DNA of 64,000 nucleotides from a virus. Its lineage: Duplodnaviria > Caudoviricetes. The stretch covers positions 64,001-128,000 of IMG/VR virus record IMGVR_UViG_3300006056_000001. One strand, written 5' to 3'. The notes under the pieces were generated by a model. The model worked only from the letters and a program-made list of their open reading frames with translations. It had not been told where the DNA came from and did no database searches. The first letter of the stretch is position 1. The number at the start of each line of letters is the position of its first letter. The position numbers and the translations under genes were made by a program. Positions 22,528-34,073 of the stretch are shown here, piece after piece.

Positions 22528-23910
22528 GATCTGAAGATAATACACAAGATGATCTTAAATTTGAAGAAGAACATATGAAATATTTTCAAAAAGACTGTTA
22601 TTACTATATATCTAATCCTTGTACTTCTTGTAGTTGGTGTAGTATATGTACTATTATTAGTAAATATATAAATAGTACACAAGAAATACATCTTTGTTTA
22701 ATATGTTATAATTGTAATCAAGAAGAATGGTATATTTTAACAAATCCTTCTTTAGTATACAGTACAGTTAAACAAATACATCATATATTAATATGAATTT
22801 ACATCTTCGTGATCTTGGTATAAATACTTGTTTTAAGTTTTCTACTGATGACATAGTAGACTTACAAAATAAAAGATGTCATTCTTGCCAATTAAATATA
22901 TACATTAAAATACAAAGAGAAGCTATTAAATGTTATATATGTGAATATATATATTTTATTAATATTTTTTTACCAGTAGAGATAATAAATACAATAGATA
23001 TTTAAATGGAAGATTCTTTAACTTTTCAAGATCTAGAAGATAATCAGATATTTAGATTTGATGATTCTGTTATTTCTAACTATTGTCGTACTTGTGAATA
23101 TGAAGAAGCCATATATATAAAATGTCCTTTTCATTTATCTTTATCATCTTTATGTAAGTGTTACTATTGTGGCAAAGAGTATACTACAGATTTTGATATA
23201 TCTGTACAAATAGTAAAGACAATAGATGTTTAAATATCAACTAACTTTTCAAGATATACAAAATAAAGAAGTATTTAAGTTTACTGATCCACTTGCTTTT
23301 AACTATTGTAATACTTGTGATTTTGATACTGTGTATATAAAATATACACATGATCCATGTTTATGTATGTGTTATTATTGTAAAAGAGTATATACTACAG
23401 ACTTAGAGATATCTGTAGAAATAGTAAAGACAACAGAAATCTAAATGAACAATAATACATTTTATAAATCTATACTTATATGAGTATACATTTTAGTTCT
23501 TTAGCTATAGGAGATGTATTTAAATTTCAAAATTATGGTGTAAATAATTGTGTATTCTGTTGTAAAATAACATATTATATTAAAGATTATGGCTTATATT
23601 GTTATTGCTATGATTGTAAATATAAATATAATTCGTCTCCTTATGAACATGTACTTTTAATTAAAACAATATCAGTATGACATACTTTAAAGAACTTGAA
23701 TTTAACGATTTACCAAATTATTGTTTTTTTAGATTTATTAAAGAACAAAGTAAGTCTTTTATTACTGATACATGTTATTGTAAATCTACTATATTTTATA
23801 AATATATTTATCACGATCGATTTTATTTTCAATGTTATAATTGTGGAGAAATACATCTTGCAGAAGATATTATTTTAAAAGTACAGCTTATACCTCATAT
23901 ATCTATATAA
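22524..23910 (+). CDS. Array 2 of Zn-ribbon mini-proteins (6 ORFs)
   Basis: 22524, 22793, 23006, 23226, 23480, 23677; shared FxDL...FxF...CxxC...CYxC...TI(S/D)(I/V). Confidence 0.75.
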
Positions 23911-25182
23911 ATTTTATCTATTTCCTTTGAGGACAAACCTATGAACATGCCAATCGAGATGCTGGAAGCTTTCCCGCCGCTCTCCAATCCCTATCATCAT
24001 GATCTCTCCAACATGGGAGAGATTCGTGGGATGGATCTCCATCTCATGTACGCCAATGGTCCTCAAGAACAGTGCAAGTTCTTGATCTTGGTGGAGAAGA
24101 GCACAGGCAAGCGGGTGCAGATCAATATTCCGGAGATCTTCAAGAATGCTCCGGAGTATCAGGCCAAGGAGAACAACAAGAAGCTGCACGACTACAGCAG
24201 AGGTTGTCGAGTCAAGATTCAGTATTTGTCCGGTGCAGAACAAATGGCTATGGCCATTGCTGAGGGCTTCATCTGGAAGGGCAGTACCAACACACACGAC
24301 ATCTTCAAGAATGACAGGATGAAGGTCATTCGCTACATCCACAAGGACACGAAGAACTTCTACGAAGTTCAAGAGTAGGTAAATCTTTCCTACTTCCTTC
24401 GCCATGCACGTTGATTCTTTGAATCCTAAGAATCTTGCTCTCTTGCGCAGGATTCAGTTCGCAACCGTTCACAACAAGATCACCATGAAGCAGATGGTGA
24501 ATATCTTCTGCGCTCAAGGAAGAAAGCTCAAGACATCTCCATGCATATTCCTTCTGGTTACTATGCATCGTCAGGGCTTCATCAAGCGCGTCACGCGCGG
24601 TGTCTACCAACTTACCAACAAGGCTAAGGAAGCACTATGTCGCTAAGCCCCACACAAAAGTTGGTAGCTCCTGCTGTGGAAAGAGTGTTGAAGACAGCCG
24701 ATGAAGCTGTTACCATCACTCTGAAGCAGAAGAAGGCCAACTTGACACATCTCACTCGTGCCAAGGACAAGCTGTACGACTGTATCCGAGAGCTTCAGAC
24801 CATTGGTACAGACAAGGCAGTTGTGTTGATCGGCAAGATCAACGGTATCCTCACGGACATCAGCAAGGTTCGCTAATGCACGCACGGTTCATTCTGTCGG
24901 ATCTACCTTCCATCGACAGTGTGCACGGCATTGCTGTGTATGACTCCGATGGAGTCGTACAGATCCGTGTGAGTAGTAGACTCATGGGAGATGTGGGTCT
25001 TCTTGGTATCCACCGGGCAGTGGATAGCTTCACTGACAAGTGTCGTGTATCCAAGGAGAAGCTGGAAGCGAACACAGATCAGAAGTTCAAGGAACTGGTT
25101 AAGAACATGTGCGACAAGTACAAGTTCGAAGTTCCTGTTTCTCTCCCTGAGTAGTCAACACGGGTGTATAGGCACCCTGTAC

Positions 25183-25266
25183 GGGGTGGGTCATGGTGGC
25201 TAGTATTCACTAAATCGGCTTGTCCGACGTGATTACTATTGGGTTCGAGTCCCAGTCGCTCCACCA
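25183..25266 (+). ncRNA. tRNA-like RNA with Ala identity, resembling a tmRNA tRNA-like domain
   Basis: GGGGTGG/TCGCTCC acceptor with G3:U70, A73, CCA; T-arm TTGGG-TTCGAGT-CCCAG; no D-stem; long helix instead of anticodon arm. Confidence 0.6.
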
Positions 25267-26234
25267 GTGCTGCGTGTTGGCCCGGTTGCTAGGTACCGCC
25301 GAAAGGGAAACCTAGCATATTTATATGTCTAGACGTAAATGGCTATGTCTTGACTGCAATGTAGACACAGGCAAGATAGGTGAGCATTATATGCTCATTG
25401 ATTCTACCTGGGCTAAGATACACAATAGTAATAAAGGAATGTTGTGTATTGGCTGTGCAGAAAAAAGATTAGGCCGGCTGCTAACTATTTCTGATTTCAA
25501 TAATTCATATATTAATCGTATTAGCCCGGGTCAAACTAAGTCACAAAAGTTAATGGAGAGATTAAAGTGCTAACATTCTTAATGTTCTACTTAACTGTCG
25601 GGACTAGTATTACAATACTTATTCACTATAATATGAAAATTTATATTCAACTAATGCCTATTGAGAAAGATATTATACCTTATGTATATCTTATTTCTTT
25701 CTTATTATGGCCAATTCTTTTGTTTGCACTTTTGGAAGAATAAAAATGATCACAAGCGAACAAATCAATAAATATAATGAACTAAGAGAAGAAGCTACTA
25801 GAGAACTGCCATTAGATTATCTTGAGAAGATATGCACAGAAGCTAATAGGCTCGCTGCTGTAAATTATCAAGAAGATGTATTAAGAAATATGTCTGAATT
25901 AAAACCAGTAAATAAACAAGCTTATTTTACAATTGATAGACCAGGAAGGGAAATAGCAGGATTTTATTCTACTTATAAAGTAGAAACTATTCTTTATGAT
26001 AAACTTATTTATATTCTCTATGGTGAATACCAAAGAAATAGAACATATATTGAACTAGCTATAAAAATTGTTATGGAAGAACATGTTAAGCAAACTAATC
26101 TATTAAAAGATAACTTGAAGAGATATTGTAATTCACTAAAATAACTATTGTTTCCTGTGTTCGTTCCGTTGTCTGAAAGAGATGAGCGAGTTGGATTCTA
26201 GAGTCTGACTAATCCCGCGTGCCGCGATATATAA

Positions 26235-26366
26235 CCTCTAATAGTTTAAGCAAAACCCCGGGCATAGTAGTGCTTGCTGAAAGTACTGGATAGTGGAATT
26301 ATCTGGTATAATTAGTGAGTTACGAAACGTCTGGAGATGTAGGTTCAAATCCTACTTAGGGATCCA
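26235..26366 (+). ncRNA. tRNA-like RNA with ~60-nt hairpin in place of the anticodon loop
   Basis: CCTCTAA/TTAGGGA acceptor + TCCA; T-arm GTAGG-TTCAAAT-CCTAC; mini D-arm; CCGGGC/GTCTGG stem enclosing a hairpin. Confidence 0.55.
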
Positions 26367-28116
26367 AAACCCCCCCAGTTAGGAGCAGAGCTAAGCTGCT
26401 GATTACAGTAAGGCTTGTTAAGTCTTCTAGCAAGACGTCTAATCAACGTTGATATACCGTAGCTTTGAAACTCCGGTAGTGGGATCTGGGTACATCGTGT
26501 GTACATTTCTTGGCTGTGGTGGTCGAGTGATGTTACACTTACTAGGAACACTGTGATCTTTTTGAATAATGCCTAGGAGGGGTAATACTCCAATGTTCAC
26601 GTAACATAAAGCAGAAAGAAAACGAAAAGAATATAGCTTCCTGTAGGACCGTGGGAAGTGCGAAAGATCTCATGAAAATGAGAACGGCCCTCCATATAAT
26701 AATTATGACTCAAAAAGGACAACATCTTAAACACGGTGATTGGTGCTGTATTATACCAAAAGAAGTATCTTGGTTTACTAATGAGAAGAAAGGATATAGA
26801 GATAAAAGAATACCTAAGTTTGTTAGATGTCCTGAATGCAATCGTAGACTAAAGCCACATGTCTATGATTGTGAAGATTTTTATAGATATACAAAGCACG
26901 CATGTAATAAAGTTGACAAGGGCGGCGGTATTTGCTGTCATGTTTGTGTTCCTGCACACAAAAAGAAGTAAGTCATGAGTACGGCTACACATCAAAATAT
27001 TAATTACTCTATTGAATTTTTTGTTTTGGTTACTATTCTTAGTATTAGACGTAAACAATTAAGATTAAAGAAATACATAGATTATCTTACTTATCCTATT
27101 GAAAAACATGGTATTGATTGTATGTGTCCAAATTGTGATATTCATATTGATACACTTGTACGTTATTACAATACTTGGGCAAGAATCAAATAAAACTCAT
27201 TTCCTTTGGAGGAACTTATGTTCAACGAAAATCTTTCCCCCGCTATGCAAGCTTCAATTTCTCGTACTCTTATTCAAATCAACGAGAATCCAAGCTGTAA
27301 GGCAGCGGCAGTTAAGGGACATATTCCTCTTCAACAGAAGTCTCTTGTTCTAGTCATGATGACTCCAGAAGTCTATGAACAGTTCAAGAATATGATGGAA
27401 CAAGAGCACATCACTTTTCACGCCTATATGTAGGGTAACTATGCCTTTCTTTCTAACTCCTCAATACTGTGATTTCTGTGGGTCCGCCCACTATTTCCTC
27501 ACAGAACTGTTGGATGGAAACATGGTGTGTGATCTATGCTTATCAGACGTAATGTCTGAAGAATCTTACGAATAATACAAATGAAAATTGTAAAAAGAGG
27601 TATTCCTAAATCATCTACAGTTTGGAGCGGTGATTGTAAAAATTGTGATAGTGTTATTGAAGCTCTAGAATCTGAACTACCTTATATAGAGCACGATCAA
27701 AGAGAAAATTCTAGATTTTCTAGAATGGTTTGTCCTGTATGTTATAATTCTTTTATTTTATATCCAACTTCTCAAAGAAGAGAGAAACTATGAAGCACAG
27801 ACCTAATCACAAAGATGGCTGTGATGGATCAAATTTCTATTACAGTGGAGATGGATATAATCGTGTCAAAGTTTGTATCTGTGGAGCAGAAGATCACGCT
27901 CCCACTGAAGAATCTATCAAGAAATTAATGAAAATTACTGAAGAGATTATTGATAAATTAGATAGCTGAAGACTTAGTCCCTACATGGCTTTCTTATACC
28001 TCGGGTGCTGGTAAGAAAGTTACATATCTATATCAGTGGCATGTTGCTTACTGAATAGAGCTTGGGGCTAAGCCTTGAGTTATTTAAATCTTTTTTGTTT
28101 CCATTGTTCGGTTTGT

Positions 28117-28230
28117 GATTAGTTGCTTGAAGTCCAGTGCCTAGTCAGCGCAATGCATGGTGTGCTGCCTCCTCTACTCACGTTCTCCTTCCGTGGGTAT
28201 TACTAGGCATTGGACTTGAAGTAACTAGTC
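28117..28230 (+). ncRNA. Candidate sRNA: 29-bp stem topped by a three-way junction with anti-SD loops
   Basis: 28117-28145 pairs with 28202-28230 (one mismatch, several G:U); CCTCCT and CTCCTT unpaired. Confidence 0.6.
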
Positions 28231-29806
28231 TTCTGAAATCTATCTTGTAGTTCCATCGGTGAGTTAGGTGCCCGTGGATCTTGGGTAGAACTAACTCAAC
28301 TAAGTAAAGTAAAACTTTACAAGAGATATCGGTGATACATGGAAAAAGTAAAACACGGTTGGTATTCTGAAAAGCAAGCCGCTATTGCTGGTACTCATGT
28401 ATATTCAACTGATACTTGCGAGGTACATGTTTCAACTATCTCAGAAAGTGATACCGATTCAGGTAGCAAGTTTGACGATATGAAGTACGTAGGTATCGTC
28501 AAAAATTGGCTGCGAGAGGGTATTCCTCGTGGTATGGGTCAAAAGTCATTTGACGACCTAAAGAAAACCATGAAGGGTCTCTTAGGTCCCTAACCGAACA
28601 CCAAGAACAAGTTGTTGGACAGACGCCCTGTGGTATGCATGTGACCGCATGTATGCTTCTTCCCCTCCTTCCCACTGTCTGACGTAAAAGGCTTGACCGA
28701 GCCTTTCTTGATCTTCCTTCCTAAATAATAAAATGAAGATTGCTGCTGTAATCTTAATTACTTTTATTTGGAGCTTTATTATTGGACCTATATCCTTAGC
28801 TCCACTTAATAGAGAACAGTTAACTTATCTACAAACTGTTTTTATTAGCTTTTTGTTTGGTATTGTTGTAGTAGCATTCCTTTGGTCAATTTATATTTTA
28901 CTTAACTAATGGGCTTTCTAATTTTCTGGTGTTTACTTTCGTTATTGCCTGCTATTGCAGCAGTTAAAGCAGATTGTGAAAGAGGTGTATCTTTTATAAT
29001 ACTAATCTTAAGCTTCGTGCTTACGTTCATAACGTGGCCTTTATTTTTATATCTATTTTTCTATTATTGTTTTGCTGAACATCAATACTTATTTAAAAAG
29101 TATTATCCAGAATAGTGGATCTGGCCACTTAAAATAGGCTAATAAGCCAGAAGCGTTGTCAGATAGTTGACAGGAAGCGACTCCAAATCCTAGATGGATG
29201 TCTAGACATCTAAGTGCAGGCTGGTCTGGGATGTCGTTTGTAATTACTGTAGGTGGAGAAATCTGCCGAACAAGTGTACAAATCCTACGCTTACAGTTCG
29301 CGTTAGGCCGGGTCAATTTGTGAACTATTGATCTGGTCTTTAAGAGATATTCCCTCTTTAACCTGCTTGGGATAGGTTAATTCCCACGATAGCAGGACCT
29401 AGGGAAGATAGAACGACTGTCCTTTTTCTTTAACAAAAATAATAAAATAATGATTTACCTAATAGCAGCAATAATTGTGTTATACTATGTAAATAGACAA
29501 GATAGAAATAAAGATGGATGATCCAATAGAATTAGAACTTATTAAAAGAACAAAGATTGAGCTATTAACTGAATTATTAGAAGAATTATATAAACCAAAA
29601 ACTTATGCTATTGATGATAATATAAATCAAGAAGATTATAAAAAAGGAGTTATTACTCAAAAAATATATACATCAGGAAATATAAAATACCATCTTAACC
29701 AATTACTTACTAATACACAAGTAGAACATATTTCTTTAACACTTCAAGAAAAATATCCTAATTCCCCATTAACTCAGTTTAATAAGAAATAGAGATAATT
29801 TTCTTT

Positions 29807-30265
29807 ATGGCTTTTAGATCTATGCAAAGAGATTTTGAATTCTCCAACTTTGATAAATTGGACATCCCTATACTATACCAAGGGATTATTTTTCATACTG
29901 TAGAGAATTTCTATCAGGCTATGAAGAATAAAGATATTGATTATAGAATAGAATGTTCTAAAGTTCATCCGGCCCAAAGCAAGAAGCTTGGTAAGACCGT
30001 AGAACTTAGAGAAGACTGGGATCAAGTAAAAGACGACGTAATGCTTTACGCTTTACGTAAGAAATTTGCTAATGTCCCTTGGAAACAAAGACTATTAGAC
30101 TACAATAAACCTATTGTAGAATATAACTATTGGCATGACAACTATTGGGGCCATTGTCTTTGTGACAATTGCACTAGTAAACAACATATTAATAAGCTAG
30201 GACAGCTTTTAAATCAAGTCAAACAAGAACTTGAAAATGAGATAAAGAATGGAAGCAACACCTGA
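29807..30265 (+). CDS. NADAR-family (YbiA-like) ADP-ribosylhydrolase
   Basis: FSNF, TVENFYQAMK, K.LG..V.LREDWD, W.DNYWG, N.LG.LL..V motifs. Confidence 0.88.
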   Translation: MAFRSMQRDFEFSNFDKLDIPILYQGIIFHTVENFYQAMKNKDIDYRIECSKVHPAQSKKLGKTVELREDWDQVKDDVMLYALRKKFANVPWKQRLLDYNKPIVEYNYWHDNYWGHCLCDNCTSKQHINKLGQLLNQVKQELENEIKNGSNT

Positions 30266-30599
30266 ATTTAAATTACAACCATCAAATAACACCAATATCG
30301 GCGACGATATTTTTCAACAAATTGTTACTATTATTAAGGCAAAGATTAACAAAGCAGTATGGTATGTATTATTCCCGATTTTCCTTTTTGGATTTTTTGC
30401 AGGAGCTTGGATTTTCTGATGACTCACGTAGAAGAGCCTACTACCCCTAGGGGCCAACGATCTATTGTTTCTACTTCCAATACTATTACTTGGAAGCATG
30501 GCAGCGCCAATCGTTGCAAACATTGTGGAAAGAGAATTAGAAGTGAGAATCACGAGAAAGGATCCCACCACAATAACAAGAAGTAATTACTAGTATATT

Positions 30600-31738
30600 A
30601 TGAAAAATATTGATAACTCTATTCTTCTTCCTTCTTTAGATATTATAGATAATCAGATTACTATAAAATACAAAGAAGAATCTGTATATTATATTAAAAA
30701 TGTAAGAATAAATCATTTTTTAAGATGTATCCATTGCACAAATACACTATTTAACTCTTTTAAATTCTCTATTTCACATAATGTTTTAATGGCTGTGTAT
30801 TGTACTCAATGTAAACTAATTAAACATGTTTACATTCCTACAATAAAAGATCATTTTCTTCCGCCCCATACTTTATTTATATTTGAAAGTAAAGTTTTAG
30901 AGTTTACTTAACATGAGTCCAGTACTAAAAGTAATTAAGTATGGAGAATTTACAAATGATATTCTATTTATTCCTTTTAGACAAAAATCTATGGAAGATC
31001 CTAGATACTTTAAATGTGCATTTTGTAGTCAAGATATATTTTATTTTTTTAGAGATCATTTAACTAATAAATTAACTACTAACTGTTATTTTTGTGATTA
31101 TAACTTTTTATGTGTAGATCCATTAGAATCTATTACTATTAGTTTATCGAAAGATATAAATTCACGAATACATGAAGTATGTAATACATTATACTTGTAT
31201 CTATTAAAACATATACAAATATGAAAATATTAAGTAAAAATAAATTTATTAAGATAAAAACTATCTATAATGAAAATACTATTCTTCTTTCTAATGAATG
31301 TTTTGAAATGCATATTGAAGTTTTTGGTTCTTATTATTGTGCTATATGTAAATCACTTATTTTTCACAAAGCTGTTGTAGAACAGATTGGCAATCGAAAT
31401 GTTATTCATAATATGAATTGTTATATATGTAAGACTCAAGTAAATACATATATGTATATAGATGGTGTTAGATTTAAGATACACAAAACTATATCTATAT
31501 GATATATAAAATATGTGCTAAATACTCTTATGTTAGTCCACCAATTTATCTAAAATGTAATAGATGTAGTAAAAATATATTTATAAATTTAAATTTTAAA
31601 GATTGTAATTCTGTATTTGAACGTAAAGCTGTTACAGTTCTAACTACTTATACATGTTATTTTTGTCATCATTTACATACTACAGGTTTAAGTCTAACAT
31701 ACTTAACCTTAGATTGTCTTAAATATATATCAATTTAA
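30600..31738 (+). CDS. Array 3 of Zn-ribbon mini-proteins (4 ORFs)
   Basis: 30600, 30913, 31221, 31499; CxxC...C(Y/T)xC; tails KHIQI, KTISI, KYISI. Confidence 0.7.
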
Positions 31739-31760
31739 TTAAATACTCTTTGCTGCCTAT

Positions 31761-32255
31761 ATGACTCTTTACTACTCTGGGATTGGTTCTAGGAACACTC
31801 CTTCGGATGTCCTAGAGTTGATGTCTAAAGCCGCCCTGGCCTTCCATAATAAGGGCTATGTGCTTGTATCTGGTGGAGCTAAAGGCGCAGATAGTGCCTT
31901 TGCTAAACCTCTTCTGAATATACCTGGCTCTCATATTATTTACCGGGCTGATGATGCTACTGAAAAAGCTATCATTGAGGCCTCTTATCATCATCCTGCT
32001 TGGGATCATTGTACTTCTTATACTAAGAAGTTGCATGGCAGAAATGTGATGATTATTACTAACCATCCTATCAAATTTGTATTGTGTTGGACTCAAGGCG
32101 GGCTCCCTGTAGGAGGAACTGGCCTAGGTATTAGAATTGCAAATTATTACAAGATTCCTGTATATAACTTGTTTAATAAAGAAGTAAGAGATAGAATACA
32201 AAAAATGATAGATGAAAACAACCAAGCGATCGAACATAAACAAACTGAAGTGTAA
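31761..32255 (+). CDS. SLOG-superfamily (DprA/Smf-like) protein
   Basis: YSGIGSR.TP, SGGAKGADSAF, RN, GGTG, IPVYNL motifs. Confidence 0.8.
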   Translation: MTLYYSGIGSRNTPSDVLELMSKAALAFHNKGYVLVSGGAKGADSAFAKPLLNIPGSHIIYRADDATEKAIIEASYHHPAWDHCTSYTKKLHGRNVMIITNHPIKFVLCWTQGGLPVGGTGLGIRIANYYKIPVYNLFNKEVRDRIQKMIDENNQAIEHKQTEV

Positions 32256-32494
32256 ATGTAGGCCCGCTTACCCAACTAATTATACTATTAATATATTAGA
32301 TAAGAAATTAGATACTAAATCAAAACAATATAGATATTTATTACAGTGTGTATTGTGTAATACAAAATGGAGGTACTACACAACATTATTACAGCCTATT
32401 ACTGATATTAATGTTAACCTACTTTTTTAAAGACTTTTTGTTTCCTTTGTCCCCTGTTTGTCAGCACTTTGCTGACGGTTTTCAAGAGAGAGAT

Positions 32495-33019
32495 ATGTCC
32501 AAGAACAACAAGAACACCATGCCCAATTCCAAGACTTGTTTCGCTCACCCGCTCCTGAAGGAGGTTCACTTTCAGGTTCGCTGGGCTCGTGCGACCGATG
32601 GCGGTGAGAATCGTGTCGCCATCTTCAGTATGGATGAGATCCATACTCCCACGGGTATCCGGATCGCTACCCACAACAGCCTGAATATTCTTCAGGTCAT
32701 TCCTCGTGATGAGGACGTCGACACTCGTGTGATCGAGATCGGCAGCATGTCCAAGGACTTCGAGGACATGAAGGGTCGTCGCAAGATCTACAGCCACACG
32801 TGGTACCCGGGTCGCAATGACACGACGGAAGCTCGTGATGCACATCGTCGCTTCGCCGATGACTGTGCCCAGGCTGTCAAGAACTTCATCGAGGAGAAGA
32901 ACCAGGATGAAGATCGCCGTCGCAACCGGCGTGGTGAGGTCAACCACAACCCGCTCGCGGATCAGCTTCGTAGCTTGACCCGCCGTGGACGTGAGACCAC
33001 GACTTCCACGAGCGACTGA
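32495..33019 (+). CDS. GC-rich hypothetical protein
   Basis: Likely start MSKNNK; high GC3. Confidence 0.55.
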   Translation: MSKNNKNTMPNSKTCFAHPLLKEVHFQVRWARATDGGENRVAIFSMDEIHTPTGIRIATHNSLNILQVIPRDEDVDTRVIEIGSMSKDFEDMKGRRKIYSHTWYPGRNDTTEARDAHRRFADDCAQAVKNFIEEKNQDEDRRRNRRGEVNHNPLADQLRSLTRRGRETTTSTSD

Positions 33020-33072
33020 TGCAGATGCCAGGGATAGCCCTGGCTATACGTGCCCGTAGCTCAGTTGGTAGG

Positions 33073-33603
33073 TTAGATATAAGTTTTATTTAACCTGCCA
33101 TGTTCTTCTCTATGGCAGTTAGCACAAAGAAGAATACACTTATCTAATTCTATTTTACCTTCTATAGATAAAGGTCTTTTAGAAAATTTAGACATCTCAA
33201 AATCTTTTTCATTTTTGTTTTTATGATGAAATTCTAAAGCACCATTAAATTTATTATAACCACATATTTCACATTTACCTCCTTTATAATCTAATGCCTC
33301 TTGTTTATATTTTCTTAATCTATCAATAGCATTTCTATTGATACATTTTTTACACCAAGAACCTTGTCTTGGATGTTTTCCAGATTGAAAGTAATACTCA
33401 CCTTTAGATTTTAATATATTACAATTAGGACAAATTTTTTCTCCTATTTTATTTACTTTTTCTATATTTGATTCATTTTTCTTTATTTTATATTTAACTA
33501 AATAATATCTTATACTTGTTTGTGATTTATTTAGTTTTTTTCCTATATCTCTTTGAGATAAGTCTTGATTTATATATAAATCAATAAGTTGTTCTTTGTT
33601 CAT
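33073..33603 (-). CDS. HNH homing endonuclease with N-terminal HTH
   Basis: CEICGY..ALEFHH...ELDKCILLCANCHREEH; N-terminal LSQRDIGKKL..SQTSIRYYL. Confidence 0.88.
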   Translation of the reverse strand: MNKEQLIDLYINQDLSQRDIGKKLNKSQTSIRYYLVKYKIKKNESNIEKVNKIGEKICPNCNILKSKGEYYFQSGKHPRQGSWCKKCINRNAIDRLRKYKQEALDYKGGKCEICGYNKFNGALEFHHKNKNEKDFEMSKFSKRPLSIEGKIELDKCILLCANCHREEHGRLNKTYI

Positions 33604-33622
33604 GTTTTATGTCTTTTTCTAA

Positions 33623-33715
33623 TGGGATGTGACCGGAGCTAGGTCGACTGGACCAGCCTTTTAAGCTGGAGAGGGGTAACCCTCCGCGTGGGTTCGAATC
33701 CCACCATCCCAACCA
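33623..33715 (+). tRNA. tRNA with TTT (Lys) anticodon and long variable arm
   Basis: TGGGATG/CATCCCA, CCAGC-CTTTTAA-GCTGG, variable hairpin GAGGG/CCCTC, canonical T-arm, ACCA. Confidence 0.75.
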
Positions 33716-33807
33716 TTTTGCGTAGTTAATATTCATAATTATTAACAATTGAACTAAGCTTTTAAACCGTCAATGAAGGTTCAATTCCTTCCAGGCCTAC
33801 CATTTAC

Positions 33808-33884
33808 GGTCCCGTACCCCAATTGGCAGAGGGAGTTCACTCAAAATGAACCAGATGCCGGTTCGACTCCGGCCGGGACTACCA
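33808..33884 (+). tRNA. tRNA-Leu(CAA), short variable arm
   Basis: GTTCA-CTCAAAA-TGAAC; cloverleaf, CCA. Confidence 0.85.
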
Positions 33885-33984
33885 GTTACTGCCGGTTTGG
33901 ATTATACCGGAGGAAGGCGGTAATCCGAAGAATCTAGGGCTGTAACCTTACTTGGATAGTATTTCTAAGTTAAATAACTACCAT

Positions 33985-34073
33985 GCGGGTGTGGCGGAAT
34001 TGGCAGGCGCATGGGCCTTAAAAGCCCAGGAACAGGAATGTTCGTGTGGGTTCAAGTCCCACCACCCGTACCA
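33985..34073 (+). tRNA. tRNA-Leu(TAA)
   Basis: TGGGC-CTTAAAA-GCCCA; long V arm; CCA. Confidence 0.9.

Larger units (their letters stand above)
33050..33802 (+). pseudogene. Disrupted tRNA-Lys(TTT): 5' part 33050-33071, 3' part 33759-33802
   Basis: GTGCCCG-TAGCTCAGTTGGTAG and CTTTTAA..GAAGGTTCAATTCCTTC-CAGGCCT-ACCA; acceptor strands pair 5/7. Confidence 0.5.

Noticed and set aside
20192-23910. Diversity-generating retroelement behind the Zn-ribbon paralogues
   Set aside because: No reverse transcriptase and no near-identical TR/VR pair with A-specific differences in this window
33656-33670. Ochre suppressor (TTA anticodon) reading of the 33623 tRNA
   Set aside because: The 7-nt loop CTTTTAA places TTT at positions 34-36
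33890-33983. Extra tRNA-Tyr(GTA)
   Set aside because: Only an anticodon-like hairpin and a terminal ACCA; no T-arm or acceptor pairing, so a relic at best
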